Source of the DNA: Balanoglossus misakiensis | Lineage: Eukaryota; Animalia; Hemichordata | Direction of reading: 5' to 3' | Assembly: GCA_040954595.2 (NCBI GenBank) | Contig: CM082578.2 | Coordinates: 17,491,912 to 17,555,911 of the forward strand | DNA length: 64,000 nucleotides | Shown here: positions 1-11,938 of the stretch, piece by piece | Layout of the letters: the number at the start of each line of letters is the position of its first letter | Numbering within the stretch: position 1 is the stretch's first letter | Translations under genes and position numbers: made by a program | Notes under the pieces: generated by a model | Databases searched by the model: none | Told to the model about the DNA's origin: nothing | What the model saw: only the letters and a program-made list of their open reading frames with translations

Positions 1-417
1 GTTGGGACTGCGAAAATACGGAAGTGGGTTTCTAGAACGATGAAATCGACATTGCGTCGCCAGCTGCTACGTCGAGTAAAACCTACCTCACAAGTGCAAG
101 TATCACCTTTTTGGCAATTTGAACGAAAACTTAGAGGTTGGTTTGCACAATTAGGCGTCGTAGTCTGCTTTGAGTGTCAAGCAGTCGACTGTGGTGTCTT
201 TGAGTTCTGAAACCTAGCTTGCTACAAACATGGGAAAACCCCCTCCAGGTTCCATTACAATATGACGTCCAACAAAAATGATTTCTGCAAATGCTCGGTA
301 CGTCTCTTCTGCAACCTCCACCGTCCGAATTTGTCGATCAAGATAAAGGGCACCGATGGAAAGACACTTGGAAATTGGAATGACTGGATGAAAAAATAAC
401 ACAATGGTGTAATTTAC

Positions 418-587
418 CTCGACACTGACACTACTGGTACACTTTTCAGTTCGTAGAATATCTCCTGTCGAACGCCACCGTCTGGTTTGGCGATATTTTG
501 CAAATCGGGCTTTAACAACAGATCCTCTGTGTTTGTCGGGAGTTCAAAATCAAGGTCAATGCCCGATTCTTCCGTTGAGGCAGACAT
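418..587 (-). CDS. Candidate first coding exon of an unidentified gene continuing off the left edge (MSASTEESGIDLDFELP...)
   Basis: ATG at 587, 170-nt open frame ending in AG|GTAAAT donor (phase 2); upstream CCAAT, TCACATGA and TGACGTCA motifs at ~735-830. No family recognised. Confidence 0.35.
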
Positions 588-2083
588 CAAGGAAAGAAAC
601 AACTGATATTATCCACGAAGAAAACTGTCCGATGGGGGATTCCGTTCTCTACTCTCTAATCGCGCTGTGAAGATACCCTTTCATCGTCAACATGGTGGTG
701 TGGGCCATCTCTTACCGTGCTGCTACGACAACAATGATTGGACGAAATTTATCATGTGAACGAGACGCCCCTGTTGTGATTGGCCAGTGTACCACCTCAC
801 ATGACTCTAGGAAATAGGTGAATGACGTCAAATGTTTCTATTTTTAGCCAGGGAAATTACATCACCAGAATGTACTGTGCTCAAACTTTGTACAATGCAA
901 TGCCGGGCATAATGAAAGAACTAGTCTATAGTATTCAAATATACCCAATAGACTACCGACGGAATTTTTATTTGTTTCGATAACTCTGTTGTTCGCAGGA
1001 GTCAGCCAATAAGAACGAGACGCAAACACTGATCATACGACAACGTGGGACTGATGAAATCAAAAAGCCCCAAAAGTGAACGACTAGGACATGACAATGA
1101 CACTTTTTTGACAGCGAGATAATTTCTGAAGCTTTATTGCATCATTGCATTGATACAACCCTAGAGAATGGTCAATGGTATAACGGGTACCAGACCCTGT
1201 ACCAGTTTCAACAGTTTTACACGTACTTTTACAATCACTAAACAAACACCGCAGGAGGACTATGGTTTGTGCCACTGCCAGATTGTCTCAAGTTAACCTG
1301 CTCAGGATATCTGAATATCTAATCAACCGGGTTAAAATATATGCACAATACACAAAAGAATTTAAAAAGTAAACGATACATTAGAACCAAACAAGTAGCG
1401 TAGACAATAAAAATATTAACACAAACAAAAGCGACCAAAGAAAGAATAATCAGTAACAACAAATGTTTATGACGTGTAAACTTTAATGACATATAAATTG
1501 CACGTGTAATATTTAGCAATCAACACACACTGTCACCCCAGTATGCATGTATTGTGTTCTTGTTTGCATGTCTCAGATCTTAGGTCCCCATGCAAGTGGG
1601 CTGCCGGATCCTATCGTCTGTATCCTGGTGGAATTTGCCGTCGCGGCTATGATTCTGGCGATCGGAGAGAGCTATTGCAATGCGGAATATCCTGTTTGAA
1701 TCCCTACCCAGACTTGGAGATCTGTCTTTAAAGAATACCCCAAAAAACGTCATAAAATTTTAGAAAGTACCGTGTTCCCTTCAATATTATACTTCTGTCC
1801 CCTTGAAACGATAAGAACCACAGAATACTGTGTATTCAAAGACTACGCCCCTTTCCACGGATAATGGTATGAACGAAAGAAAGAAATGTTCGCCATAGAG
1901 GGCGCCAGTGAGCCGTCACTGACAAGGGAGTCAAGGAAGTAGGTCTGGCTCAAAAGACATAATGATGGAATCAAAATATGGCTGACGTAAGAAGAAAATA
2001 TACACCACTTCAATTAATATACTACCATGGGCAAAATGTCAGGAAAAGTTCCAGACTTTGATTTTCGAGTTCAGACTCTACTT

Positions 2084-2108
2084 GGATGGATGGATGGATG
2101 GATGGATG
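2084..2108. repeat. (GGAT)n microsatellite
   Basis: About 6 tandem GGAT units visible. Confidence 0.9.
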
Positions 2109-3004
2109 AAATAGGTGCGTAGGTGAATGGGTGTTAGGCTATATCAGGGGAGCTGAAATTCCTAGTTTCTTCGCAGGTCTGAGTCTTTGTGATAATGTTC
2201 ACCATTTCTGATATTCACACTGACGCAGTCGCCAAGACAAGTCACTGGAAATTAGCAAATCAGTACCAGGCAATAAACAAAAGTATGTACATTTGTACTT
2301 CCAAAACAGTCAATTGCCGAGTAAAGAATGATCCTTCAGAGGTTAATACCATACAATGTCCATTCCTGGATAACTGTTACTTTTATTTCGTCCAGTCCTA
2401 ATTGAAGCATGAATCATGGGGAATATCACAAACCCCAAAATAGAGAAACTATGGTGATAAGATTTGGGCTAACGCCCTCTTCCTTTCATTTCAGTATCAT
2501 AGTCGTTGTTTTCACACACCTACACACTCACGTTTTGTTTCTCGTCTAATTACTGTCGAGGTATCGACTCATACCTACACAGGAAATTTAACATGAAATA
2601 TGAACTGGAATAGTCTCGTTTCCTTACACGCACGGGGTTTCTACTCTGGTAACACGACGTCTTGTGATCTCAGACTGATCTGGCTTCGTTTTAAAACACA
2701 TCACTTTCGGTGCTGTCGATACAGAAGATATTGTTTGTTTGAAGTATCAAATTCTTGAACAAATCACACTCTGCCGGTTGCCAATATTTTGCTTCAGATA
2801 TCGACCACCGTATCTTACACCTAATATATTTGTGATGTATTGTCAGCGACGATGTCGATGATATCACAACATTCATATCTAAAAACTCAAAATTTTGTTT
2901 ATGGCGTGTCCCCAAACCAACTCGGGTGTGTCAGTTTTGATAGAGGATCGGGGGAATTTTCTGTCTCTAATCCAACGTTACCGTATTTCAGTTTGTCAAT
3001 CTGC

Positions 3005-3130
3005 CTGTGTGTGTCTGACTGTCTCTCTGTGCCTGTCTGGCTCTGTCTCTCTCTCTCCCTCCCTCCCTCCCTCCCTCCCTCTCTCTCCCTTCCTCTCTCT
3101 CTCTCTCTTTCTCCTCTCCCTCTCTCTCTG
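3005..3130. repeat. CT-rich / (CT)n,(CCCT)n low-complexity repeat
   Basis: Direct reading; it produces the spurious S/L/P-rich and E/R/G-rich ORFs at 2840-3290. Confidence 0.92.
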
Positions 3131-3371
3131 ACACATACATTGGATGCACCAACGTGATATCCTTGCCTTTATTCTTTTGTAGCACGTGTATTGTTCTGAG
3201 ACAGCGAGACATGGTGAAATGTTTAACTCCAAGGTGCATTGCGCTGATCAATACATTATAATAATTCACGAGGTGGAATTGTTTGAACATTTGTATTTTG
3301 AAAACCAGCCTTGTAAGATTAAAATTGTTTTATGATGTGGAAACAACCGTCTAAAATGACGCATGAGGTTC

Positions 3372-3422
3372 CCATAATCATAGACAGTAGAGTCTTCCCC
3401 CCTCTACTGTCTATGCCATAAA
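3372..3422. mobile_element. Mini inverted-repeat element / putative DNA-transposon footprint
   Basis: CATAGACAGTAGAG (3379-3392) and CTCTACTGTCTATG (3402-3415) form a perfect 14-bp inverted repeat, flanked by CCATAAT/CCATAAA (6/7 direct repeat). Confidence 0.55.
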
Positions 3423-4192
3423 TCACATAAAGTTGAGAATGACTGTCAGTGGTTTAACGCGATACAGAGAAGGATATACGGTAAGCCAACTCTGCAACCT
3501 GTTTTCTTCTGTGTTTTTTTTCTTCCAAAAGCGGTCTTCTGACAGTGTTTGCACGTCGTGATTGATGACATTGTACAAAAGATGGCAATCGTCGCCACCA
3601 CATTAGCCTATACTGACGACGGCTGGAAGGCGGTAAAAAAGAACGTTGACAGATGACTGTGGTGAAACGGTCCAACGCTCAGCGGTTCCAACTGTAATGT
3701 TTTGTTTTTACAAGAGTAAGTCCGTTTCGATTAGATTTAAATGCTTCGGGTTCTGATCGATCCACCTGTTGCGTATAAGCTCGTCCCCCAAGGGGTGTTT
3801 TGGTGGGGCCTGCCCCTCCCCTATTTTCCACTAGACACAGGAACGCCTGGCTTGCGGTCAATTTTACAAAGTAAATGAAGCCGTTAGGTAAATTCGGTAT
3901 GAGTGAATGTCTGGTATTTGTTAAATGTTCACCGTAGGATTGTGGACCTCATGATCTACTGCTCAGTATATTTTGGCAGCCGAGGGAATGCACTTTACGC
4001 CTCTAAATAACTTGATAATAAAAGTTTAGGAAAACTTTTTAACAAAGGACCAGAGAAACAAAAACGAGCCAAACGCACAATGTTTATTACTTGAGGTCCA
4101 TACCCATGGCAACAGGAAAGAGAACCAAGACCTATTTACTGTGAAAATAACACATATCTGGGAATTCGGTATCCGAACACCACCGCGCTTAC

Positions 4193-4383
4193 CGAGGTTT
4201 CTTGAAAACGTTTCGCAGTATAGGATACGTCTCCGCTAGTATTTTGGAATCATCTTCTTCCTCCAGTAATGTTATCAGGTGCCCGTGCTTTCGTTTCTTG
4301 GACGGTGGTTGTGGCACATCATCACTGTCATCCTCTCGGTGGGCAGCTGCCGCTCCTGGGGCAACAGTGTACTCTGAATGCAT
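4193..4383 (-). CDS. Candidate alternative first coding exon (MHSEYTVAPG...PPSKKRK...LITLL...FKKP)
   Basis: ATG at 4383, 191-nt open frame, CG|GTAAGC donor (phase 2); NLS-like KKRK; upstream CACGTG, ATTGG and TGACGTCA at ~4538-4584. Confidence 0.45.
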
Positions 4384-4771
4384 CAACGATCATCGGTCCC
4401 GATGATAGAACGTAGATGCTACACGTTTCGATGAAACATCGAGTCTGTGTGAAGAGTACTATATTCGAGGTACTGTTTACTATAACTGTTGTGGATTTCG
4501 CAATACAAAGACTGTTCATTCATAGAGCGCTATAGAGCACGTGATGCCGGACACTACCTATTGGACGGCGAGCCATTGACGTCATATCGAGACGCTTAAA
4601 TAAATCATTGTGCCATCTAAATTTAGAAAGGGTATGTGCCCTCGTTTTAAATTAAAATATCGACTGGTCGTAAACTTCTTGCTTTATACGCTTTTACGTA
4701 ATGAATATGTGTTTTTGTACACCCTTTTAATAGTTCAAGTAAATGCGTGTTGCTTCCATGTGTTCTGTCGA

Positions 4772-4800
4772 GTAAATCCATAGACTGTCTATGGTAAATC
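4772..4800. mobile_element. Mini element / putative transposon footprint with 7-bp target-site duplication
   Basis: GTAAATC-CATAGAC-T-GTCTATG-GTAAATC: a 7-bp inverted repeat flanked by a perfect 7-bp direct repeat; same termini as the element at 3379-3415. Confidence 0.6.
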
Positions 4801-7800
4801 CAGTTTTCTCAACCCACGTTTAAATGGAACGGTCACAAAAGGAATTCCTCGTTGTGACGACACCTGCAAGTTTGTATGAAATAGCGCCGGAAATAGCGTT
4901 CATCGATTGAGGAGGAGCTGTAGGCAATCCCTTACACCTGACAGACACTTTGTCCACTTGTCTGTGCTTACACCGACAGCCAGAGACCACACAATAATTG
5001 TTACGTAACAATTTGTATGAGCTTCGTCGCCTCGTATTTTCACCGTCATACTTTATTACCTGAAGAAACTACCGAAAGTCTGATCCTCGATTTGCCCCCC
5101 CCCCCCCTTTTTTTAACCGCAAACGGTAGGGAAAGAGCGTTCGGTGTGAATCTAGTTACCTTTATTTGTTTGGGTCAGACACGGTCATTCCACCGTGGAG
5201 TCACGGCATGGTCACGGTGACCGCGTGGGTCAAACGTGTGGTAGTGTCCACTTCACGGACAAAGGTGTTTTTTTCTTATCAGACAGTTTTCTTCAATCAT
5301 TAGTAATGCATATTTTCAACATTTGGCTTTCCCATTCGCCCAAAACATCATCCAACATGAAGCACAGGCAGAACCTACTTTCCCTTGTGACACCTGCATG
5401 CTGGGAAGATAGAATCTTCATAAAAGTCTGAAAAATTACTCCTGGCATGTGTTTGTTCGTATTCACCATACAATGTACTAAAAATAGCACACAGAACAAA
5501 ATAGAAGGGAGGTCACACGACCTTTTTAAAATCATTTTTCAATGTACAATGTACACTACAGAACACTCGGATATGCCATGCCAAGAAGACACTTAGGCTT
5601 TTGCGGTCGCGCCCCTTGGTTCTACTTCTATGGATTTTTAGTTTTCACTTGGTTGAACTTTTCACATTTACACAAAAATGTGATATGCGATGACTAACAT
5701 TTTCCACACTCGTCGGGTGGCAGTTGATATTTACAGCTCTTTCTTTACAATTTTTTTCCATGACGACCAAATCAGTATACAGATTACTCAGCGTCACATG
5801 TCGGATTTGATAGCGAGGCGCATGCGCAATCTTTTGTTAGCGGTGGCGTGACGTATCATTGACGTAGTTAAAGGCATCTCCAGGTAATGACTTAGTCGCA
5901 CCTGTACCCAACCCCAAAATTGACATCGGTCGCTGTGTGGCCCGGGGTAAAGGCCTTCTCCAGCGACCCTGTGTGTGCTTTTATAGTATATGAAGGGAAT
6001 GATAAGCGACTGTGGGTTTCGCGAAAATACAAGTTTGGCAACAAAAAAACGTCCCCTTTTCATCGTCCATCAACTGGTCAGGCTGTTTGGGGTTAGCGTC
6101 ACAGACAAAGAGAAAAAAAATCCATTGTCTGTACGTAGCTCCTTGTAACACTCATGATACCAATGGCAAGGTAATCCACGATCCTCTTTCAGCTGTGAAT
6201 TATACATGTAATACTGAAAACCGTGTTTGGAGACTGGGAAACGAGGATTAATAAGTATCAATTAGTGTGTAGCCATGGCGACGCTCCATGTTTTATTTAT
6301 TAGGCTTACAGGAATCCGGTGACAAGCACGCGCGTGTGGTTAATGTACTGTCGACAGTAATCAAAGGTGTCAGAGTCCGCGGCTGACCTTCTTTTACTGT
6401 GCCCTTTTCAGCACAACATAACTACATATAAATAATCTGGTATACAACAAATCGAGGTTTTGCGGTTCTCTGGAAACTGAATTCTGAATGTTATTTGTCT
6501 AATCACGAAAATATATTATAATACTGTGCCTTGCTCGTCAACAAATCGAGACACTTACTTTCAATAGTGTATTAGAGCCAAGTGATCGACATAAATTTAC
6601 ATTACAGAGGAAGCCTTAAAAGTATCAGCGCCTGTCAAGGAGTGTCATGTGGGGCGAAAAATTATAGCAATGTTCTCAATACATGTACATGTAACATGCT
6701 CACCAAACCGTACACACTCAATTGAAGGCATCGGTGATTCTAAAACAAAACGCTGAAAATCCCAGGTGTTTATTATGAAAATTCTGATCCAAATACATGT
6801 AATAGGAAAAGAATCTGGAAACCTGGAATTACTGGTGAAACCCCGGGGTGAAACCAAGTTATTACCAAATGGCCCGATTCTCTAACCGAGCATAGCGCCA
6901 CCAGCGGTAACATAGCATATTTTCGAGAACTGATAGTTTAACATGAATTATTTTATAAAAAAATAAGCTTTGTATTAAGTGTAATATTTTCGGTAGGGGT
7001 TATTTTCTATAAGTTGTTTCTGTCCATTCCAACTTCCCATAAATTGTTTCATCCCTTGATCGGGTGTTCTTTCTCGCTCACACTTTTTCTGGGTGGGTTA
7101 GAATCGGATCAGTGCACCAGCAGCTAAACCAATCTGGTCAATGACCAAACTCAATGTTATTATCAAAATTGCTTTTCTGAGTATCATTAGTTACATTATA
7201 CTTCTTGGGTCGTTCACCATTTATTTCAGTCGCGTTAACACTGAAGCTCTTCAATTAACAGGTTAAATTTGATTGAAGCCGAAATTATTATAACGATCTC
7301 TTTCCGATTGATTCCAACTTATGAAAGGCCAACTTGTGATAACATGGCCGTGAATAATGTGATTTTTATTAAGTTTACTTATACATGGAAAAATCGGTCC
7401 TGGATGAAGTTTAATTGCACAATCTGGGATGCAGGCAAAATTGATGCATCGTGATTGCTCTTGGTGACATGAAACTTGGAAGAGCGGTTTAACCATGAGC
7501 TAGGCCCGACAAGTTTTATAAATGTTATAACAGTCTTTGCCTTTGAATATGTACTAATATTTATCTCAAATAATGTCAGTTTTATAGTAAAGCGTGATCT
7601 AGAGCCACTTAGCATTGAGACATTGCAGACCTGAACAAGGGCCCGTATCTGCAAATCCTTGATGTGATTTTATTCGGGTAAGGATCAACCAGTGTAGTTT
7701 ATCACATGGCGGGTACTGTCATATCGACCATGAATTTTCGGATCGCTTCGATTTGCTTTAAATTTATTAAAGACGAAAAAAATGACAGAGTTGCACGTAA

Positions 7801-8208
7801 TTCGGACATGGAAATATCGGTTGAAAAGCATTTGCGAGGAGATGAATGATATGATCCCTATAGGGAGTGACGATTCGACAAATTGGGTCACCTATAGACG
7901 TGTAACTATGGAGATAAACAGATCTTTCATGGCCTGAAGAGTTACATTCAACTCGGACCGTTGTTCCTGAACAAAGACGCGACAAATTCCGAGAGGACAG
8001 AGGTTTGGTTGTAGTCCAATACAGTCACGTACGTCATATCCCACCAACCATCTTGCAGCAGACGGTCGAAGGGGATTAATTAATCGTGCGCGACTTAACT
8101 TACATCGACGTCAGCTGTGCCAGAGATAAAGTTGTCTCAACACCGGGGAAGCGTCGAGTCAACTTTAAATCACCGGTCTGTTGAATCAACCGATAATTTT
8201 TAATAATA

Positions 8209-8631
8209 ATGACGACAATTCCGAGTGAATTTATTGGAAAGTGGGAGCTTGCACGACACGAGAACTCCGAGGATTTGTTTGCGGCTCTCGGCGTGCCAGA
8301 AGCGGTGCGGGAAAAGATGCTTTTGGCGAAAAACACGACCGAGATCGGGGAAGAGGACTCGGTGATCACCATACGAGAAAGCGGGATGCCTGGACAACCC
8401 GACCGAGTGCAGAAATTCAAACTCGGCGAGGAATGCGAGGTTGAGACCATGTTTGGCAAGCGGCGGTCCATCATGACCTTAGAAGATGGCAAGTTAATTC
8501 GTCGCATGGTCAATCCCGAGGAAGATATCGCGATAGGAAGCAGAGAAATTGTTGATGGTCAGATGGTCACTGCGGCTACCATAGTCAAGACAGGTGTCAC
8601 CGGTAAAGCCATCTACAACAAAATTAACTGA
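8209..8631 (+). CDS. Fatty-acid-binding protein / intracellular lipid-binding protein (iLBP) family, 140 aa, intronless
   Basis: FIGKWELARHENSEDLFAALGV matches the N-terminal FABP signature (F.G.W.L...EN...F..ALG); FKLGEE; size typical of the FABP beta-barrel. Confidence 0.9.
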   Translation: MTTIPSEFIGKWELARHENSEDLFAALGVPEAVREKMLLAKNTTEIGEEDSVITIRESGMPGQPDRVQKFKLGEECEVETMFGKRRSIMTLEDGKLIRRMVNPEEDIAIGSREIVDGQMVTAATIVKTGVTGKAIYNKIN

Positions 8632-9071
8632 TGAAAAAAAAACAGTATTGACCACGTGGCGCAGATAGACTAGCAGGGGACCTGTAGCCTAGACAGGTTG
8701 ATGCATACAGCTTTTTATATTTTCACCCCGTTTGATTGGAAGAGCATGGTAAATTGAGTTGCCAAAAGCAATAACGCTTTAACATACAGGATCGCATTTA
8801 ATAACCTGCCACCGCAAGTGTTTAATTTCAGCCAAATTTAATGAGGTTGAAAAATTAGAGAACTGAAATGAAATTTTCTGCGATGGAGCAGAGTAATTAT
8901 TGATGCAATGCACGTATTATATGTCTAGTTGTAGAAAACGTCACTTCCGTTAAGATTATTATAAAGGGGCACCCCGATTTCGATTTCTCAGACTCGTGTT
9001 TCGTCGTACTTCACCAAATCTGTTTGGATCAGAAATTTGCCTGGAAGGTCTGTTTCCCTCCTCACTTCACC

Positions 9072-9476
9072 ATGGCTTCGATCCAAGATTTCGCCGGAAA
9101 ATGGGTTTTTGAACGCCATGAAAACTCCGAAGCTCTGTTTGCCGCAATGGGTATTCCCGAACAGGCAGCCAAAGCCATGATAGCTGCAAAACCGACCCTG
9201 GAAATTTACGAAGAAGATGGGTTCTGGGTCTTGAAGGAAACCGCCGACCCGACAAGACCGCACTTTGAGAAATTCAAGCTGGGAGAAGCGACCGAAATTA
9301 CTACCATGTTCGGCAAACGACAGATTATAGCTTCCCTAGATGCCGGTCAACTGACAACACGCGGTACAGCACCTGGTGACGACTTAGTAGCCGTAAGAGA
9401 GGTGGATGGAGACAAGCTCGTTGCTAGGGTTACCAAGAGTGACGTGACCGGAGTCTGTTACTTCAAGAAAGCTTGA
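9072..9476 (+). CDS. FABP/iLBP family paralogue, 134 aa, intronless
   Basis: ATG at 9072 in strong context (CACCATGG); FAGKWVFERHENSEALFAAMGI, FKLGE, TMFGKR shared with the upstream paralogue; TATAAA at ~8960; AATAAA at ~10084. Confidence 0.9.
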   Translation: MASIQDFAGKWVFERHENSEALFAAMGIPEQAAKAMIAAKPTLEIYEEDGFWVLKETADPTRPHFEKFKLGEATEITTMFGKRQIIASLDAGQLTTRGTAPGDDLVAVREVDGDKLVARVTKSDVTGVCYFKKA

Positions 9477-11938
9477 AATCCTTCTGGAAGGTGACGGACT
9501 TAACATGAAAATTCTACTGTGTGCGTATGTGTAAAGTGACTTGACGTCGTTTTGTGTTTTTCCTTCGATTTTGACAAACTCGTTTTTACGTACGACATCA
9601 GCGATGTGTGATCGACACGGCACTGCGTCTGATTAATCCTGATCCGTCGAACGTCTTCTGTATCTAATATCAACCACACCATCGCCTGCTCAAATGACAA
9701 ACATGCAAAGACCCTGTGTGCCCTGCAATGGCTTCGATTTCTGTGACATATTAGACTGTAGACAATAAGAGAACGTGTTCAACCGTACAACTGCATGAAT
9801 GTCTGCCATCGGCTGCAGAGTAAAGAAGATCTAAAACAAGACAGAAATCTCGTATGGGTCACCGCTCCTGTGTCTAGACGTCTTCACGCCCAAAAATAAC
9901 CTGAAAGTCCGTCATGAGCTGCAATTTTGAGTAATTTGTTGATCCCAAAATATATAAGCTGAAATTTTTCGTCTCATTTCTTCAACATGGGAAGGTTGGG
10001 GGTAATGATTTCTTTCCGGCATTTCATCACGCCACCATTGCTAGTTCATATTCGTGTTAAACCCTCTTTGCTTTTTTACGAGCAATAAACATCAATTGCA
10101 CTTGATCCGTCAGCGTTGTGTTTGTATAAATGTAACAAGAGTGAAAAAAAAATTGAAGGTAACTAAATGAAGAATCACAACCCAGTGTTTGGCTAGGAAG
10201 AGAACACATTAAATCGGGAAAGGGGGATTGGAACGTGCCCCTTCATATGCATTGGTTTCACGTGCCCCATTGTGGACCAGCCTGTGTATCGCCCAGTAAG
10301 TAAGATGGCGAACATAAATTCTTTCTCACACCCAATTTTTGTCTGAACCACAGGCGTGAGCAGATTATCTCTAGAATTAGCGGATAATCTCTTTACTTAT
10401 TGTTAAATGCATCACCACGCAAGTAGGGCAGGGCATGGATTATCCGCTTATTCCTTTTAGCGTAGCGCAGCCAGCGGTGGGAATGGGGCAGGGGACCAGA
10501 CTATTTGAAGTGTTCAAAGAAGACGGGAGGGGCGCTGTTTGTTCTCATAGACATACCGTTTGTGTTTCTCAAGTGTACCAGGACGATACACAAATTTCAT
10601 CAATGCAGTAAGAGGCAGCCATAACCTTTGACCCCAAATTTTCTCAATTAGCCCACCTGCCTACAATGTAAATGGCACAGAGATTGTTGGACACCGCCAT
10701 CTGTATTGTGCCCGGCTTTTAACCCAACCTTTACAACACCTCAACACAGAGAATGGAACCATTCTCTTCACACCTCAACTAATGGGATGGATTTACAATC
10801 TGACAAACTGCCGATAACCCCCTTAGTGACACTTCTACACTTCCTAGTGGGTATTAACATTCAATAAGGGAAAGAGAGGCAACCAGATTACTTCCATATC
10901 CAATTGACCAATAGACTTTATGTTTAACACAGTATAGTTGAACTTGGTCCGATTTTGCCTGCCATGGTTGTATGCAACTGTGTCCACAGTGACCAATGAC
11001 AAGAAACAACTTACTCCTTTCATAAATTCATCACAAAGCACAATTATCCCTCTATGCAAAACAGAGAGAACAAAGCGAAGTACAACAGACGGTCTGTATT
11101 TTATTATTCAAAGTGTTACAAAAACAGTGCAAAACAAAGGCTTCACTTGGTCATTCATTCTCACTATTGGATTCCATTATGAAATAGTTTATTGAAGGCC
11201 CATGTTCCAAAAATTCTCAATTGGTTTATTCACTCTTGACAAGTGCCTATACAATGGTCTGGGTGCAGTGTCAAGTCTCACCTGTGGTCATTATTATTAA
11301 CAGACACCTGGTCACTTGTAGTTACCATTGTAAATAAGAAACATTACTCTGAGTCAAGTTGGAATGAAGAGATGTACAATATATCTTCTGATCAGATCAA
11401 AAGATCGCAAATCATATACTGTATCATATCTGAACGGTTTCCATGTGAATTGTGGAAAACTGTCTCAGATGAAAGATTGTTTCAGCATATGATGGATGAG
11501 TGGTACATGAAAATCTTAACAAGGAGATGCAAGATCAGGTTGCGTTTTCAAATTTATGATTCTCATCTACTGCAAAATATGCAAGCAGAGAAGTTGGATG
11601 GCAAAAAAGCAGAGGTTCTGGCCACAAGGTCAATTCTCATATTTAAATATTTCTATAAAATGCATAGGATATAGTTACTGCAATGTCAATTATTTAATAA
11701 AACATTAAGTTAGCAAGGGACTTTAAAATGAGGGGAAAATGACTGAAAAATTAATTCTTTGCATTTAATTATACAAGTCTATCAAATAAATACAAAAAAT
11801 TACAGCAAATCCTTTTTGCAGCAATTGAATTTTTTTTTTGAGTTGAATGGTGGTTGCACAAAATTTTTTTAGGGTTCCATATTTACAAACACAGTTCCAG
11901 TGGTGTGTGTGGAATGCAATGTATAATAATTCCAGCCT

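Noticed and set aside
2840-3290. ORFs of 78-105 aa over the CT repeat
   Set aside because: Artefacts of the microsatellite lacking stop codons.
6645-7990. Cluster of short ORFs, including a hydrophobic 41-aa stretch at ~7141
   Set aside because: No recognisable motifs, consistent frame or splice structure; compatible with AT-rich intergenic DNA.
9024-9071. N-terminal extension of the second FABP in the ORF track
   Set aside because: It starts at a non-ATG codon; ATG 9072 has strong context and aligns with the paralogue.
8100-9263. Minus-strand ORFs over the FABP genes
   Set aside because: Antisense shadows of real coding sequence.
11243-11674. 143-aa + strand ORF
   Set aside because: Antisense to the probable prickle 3' UTR, non-ATG start, no motif.
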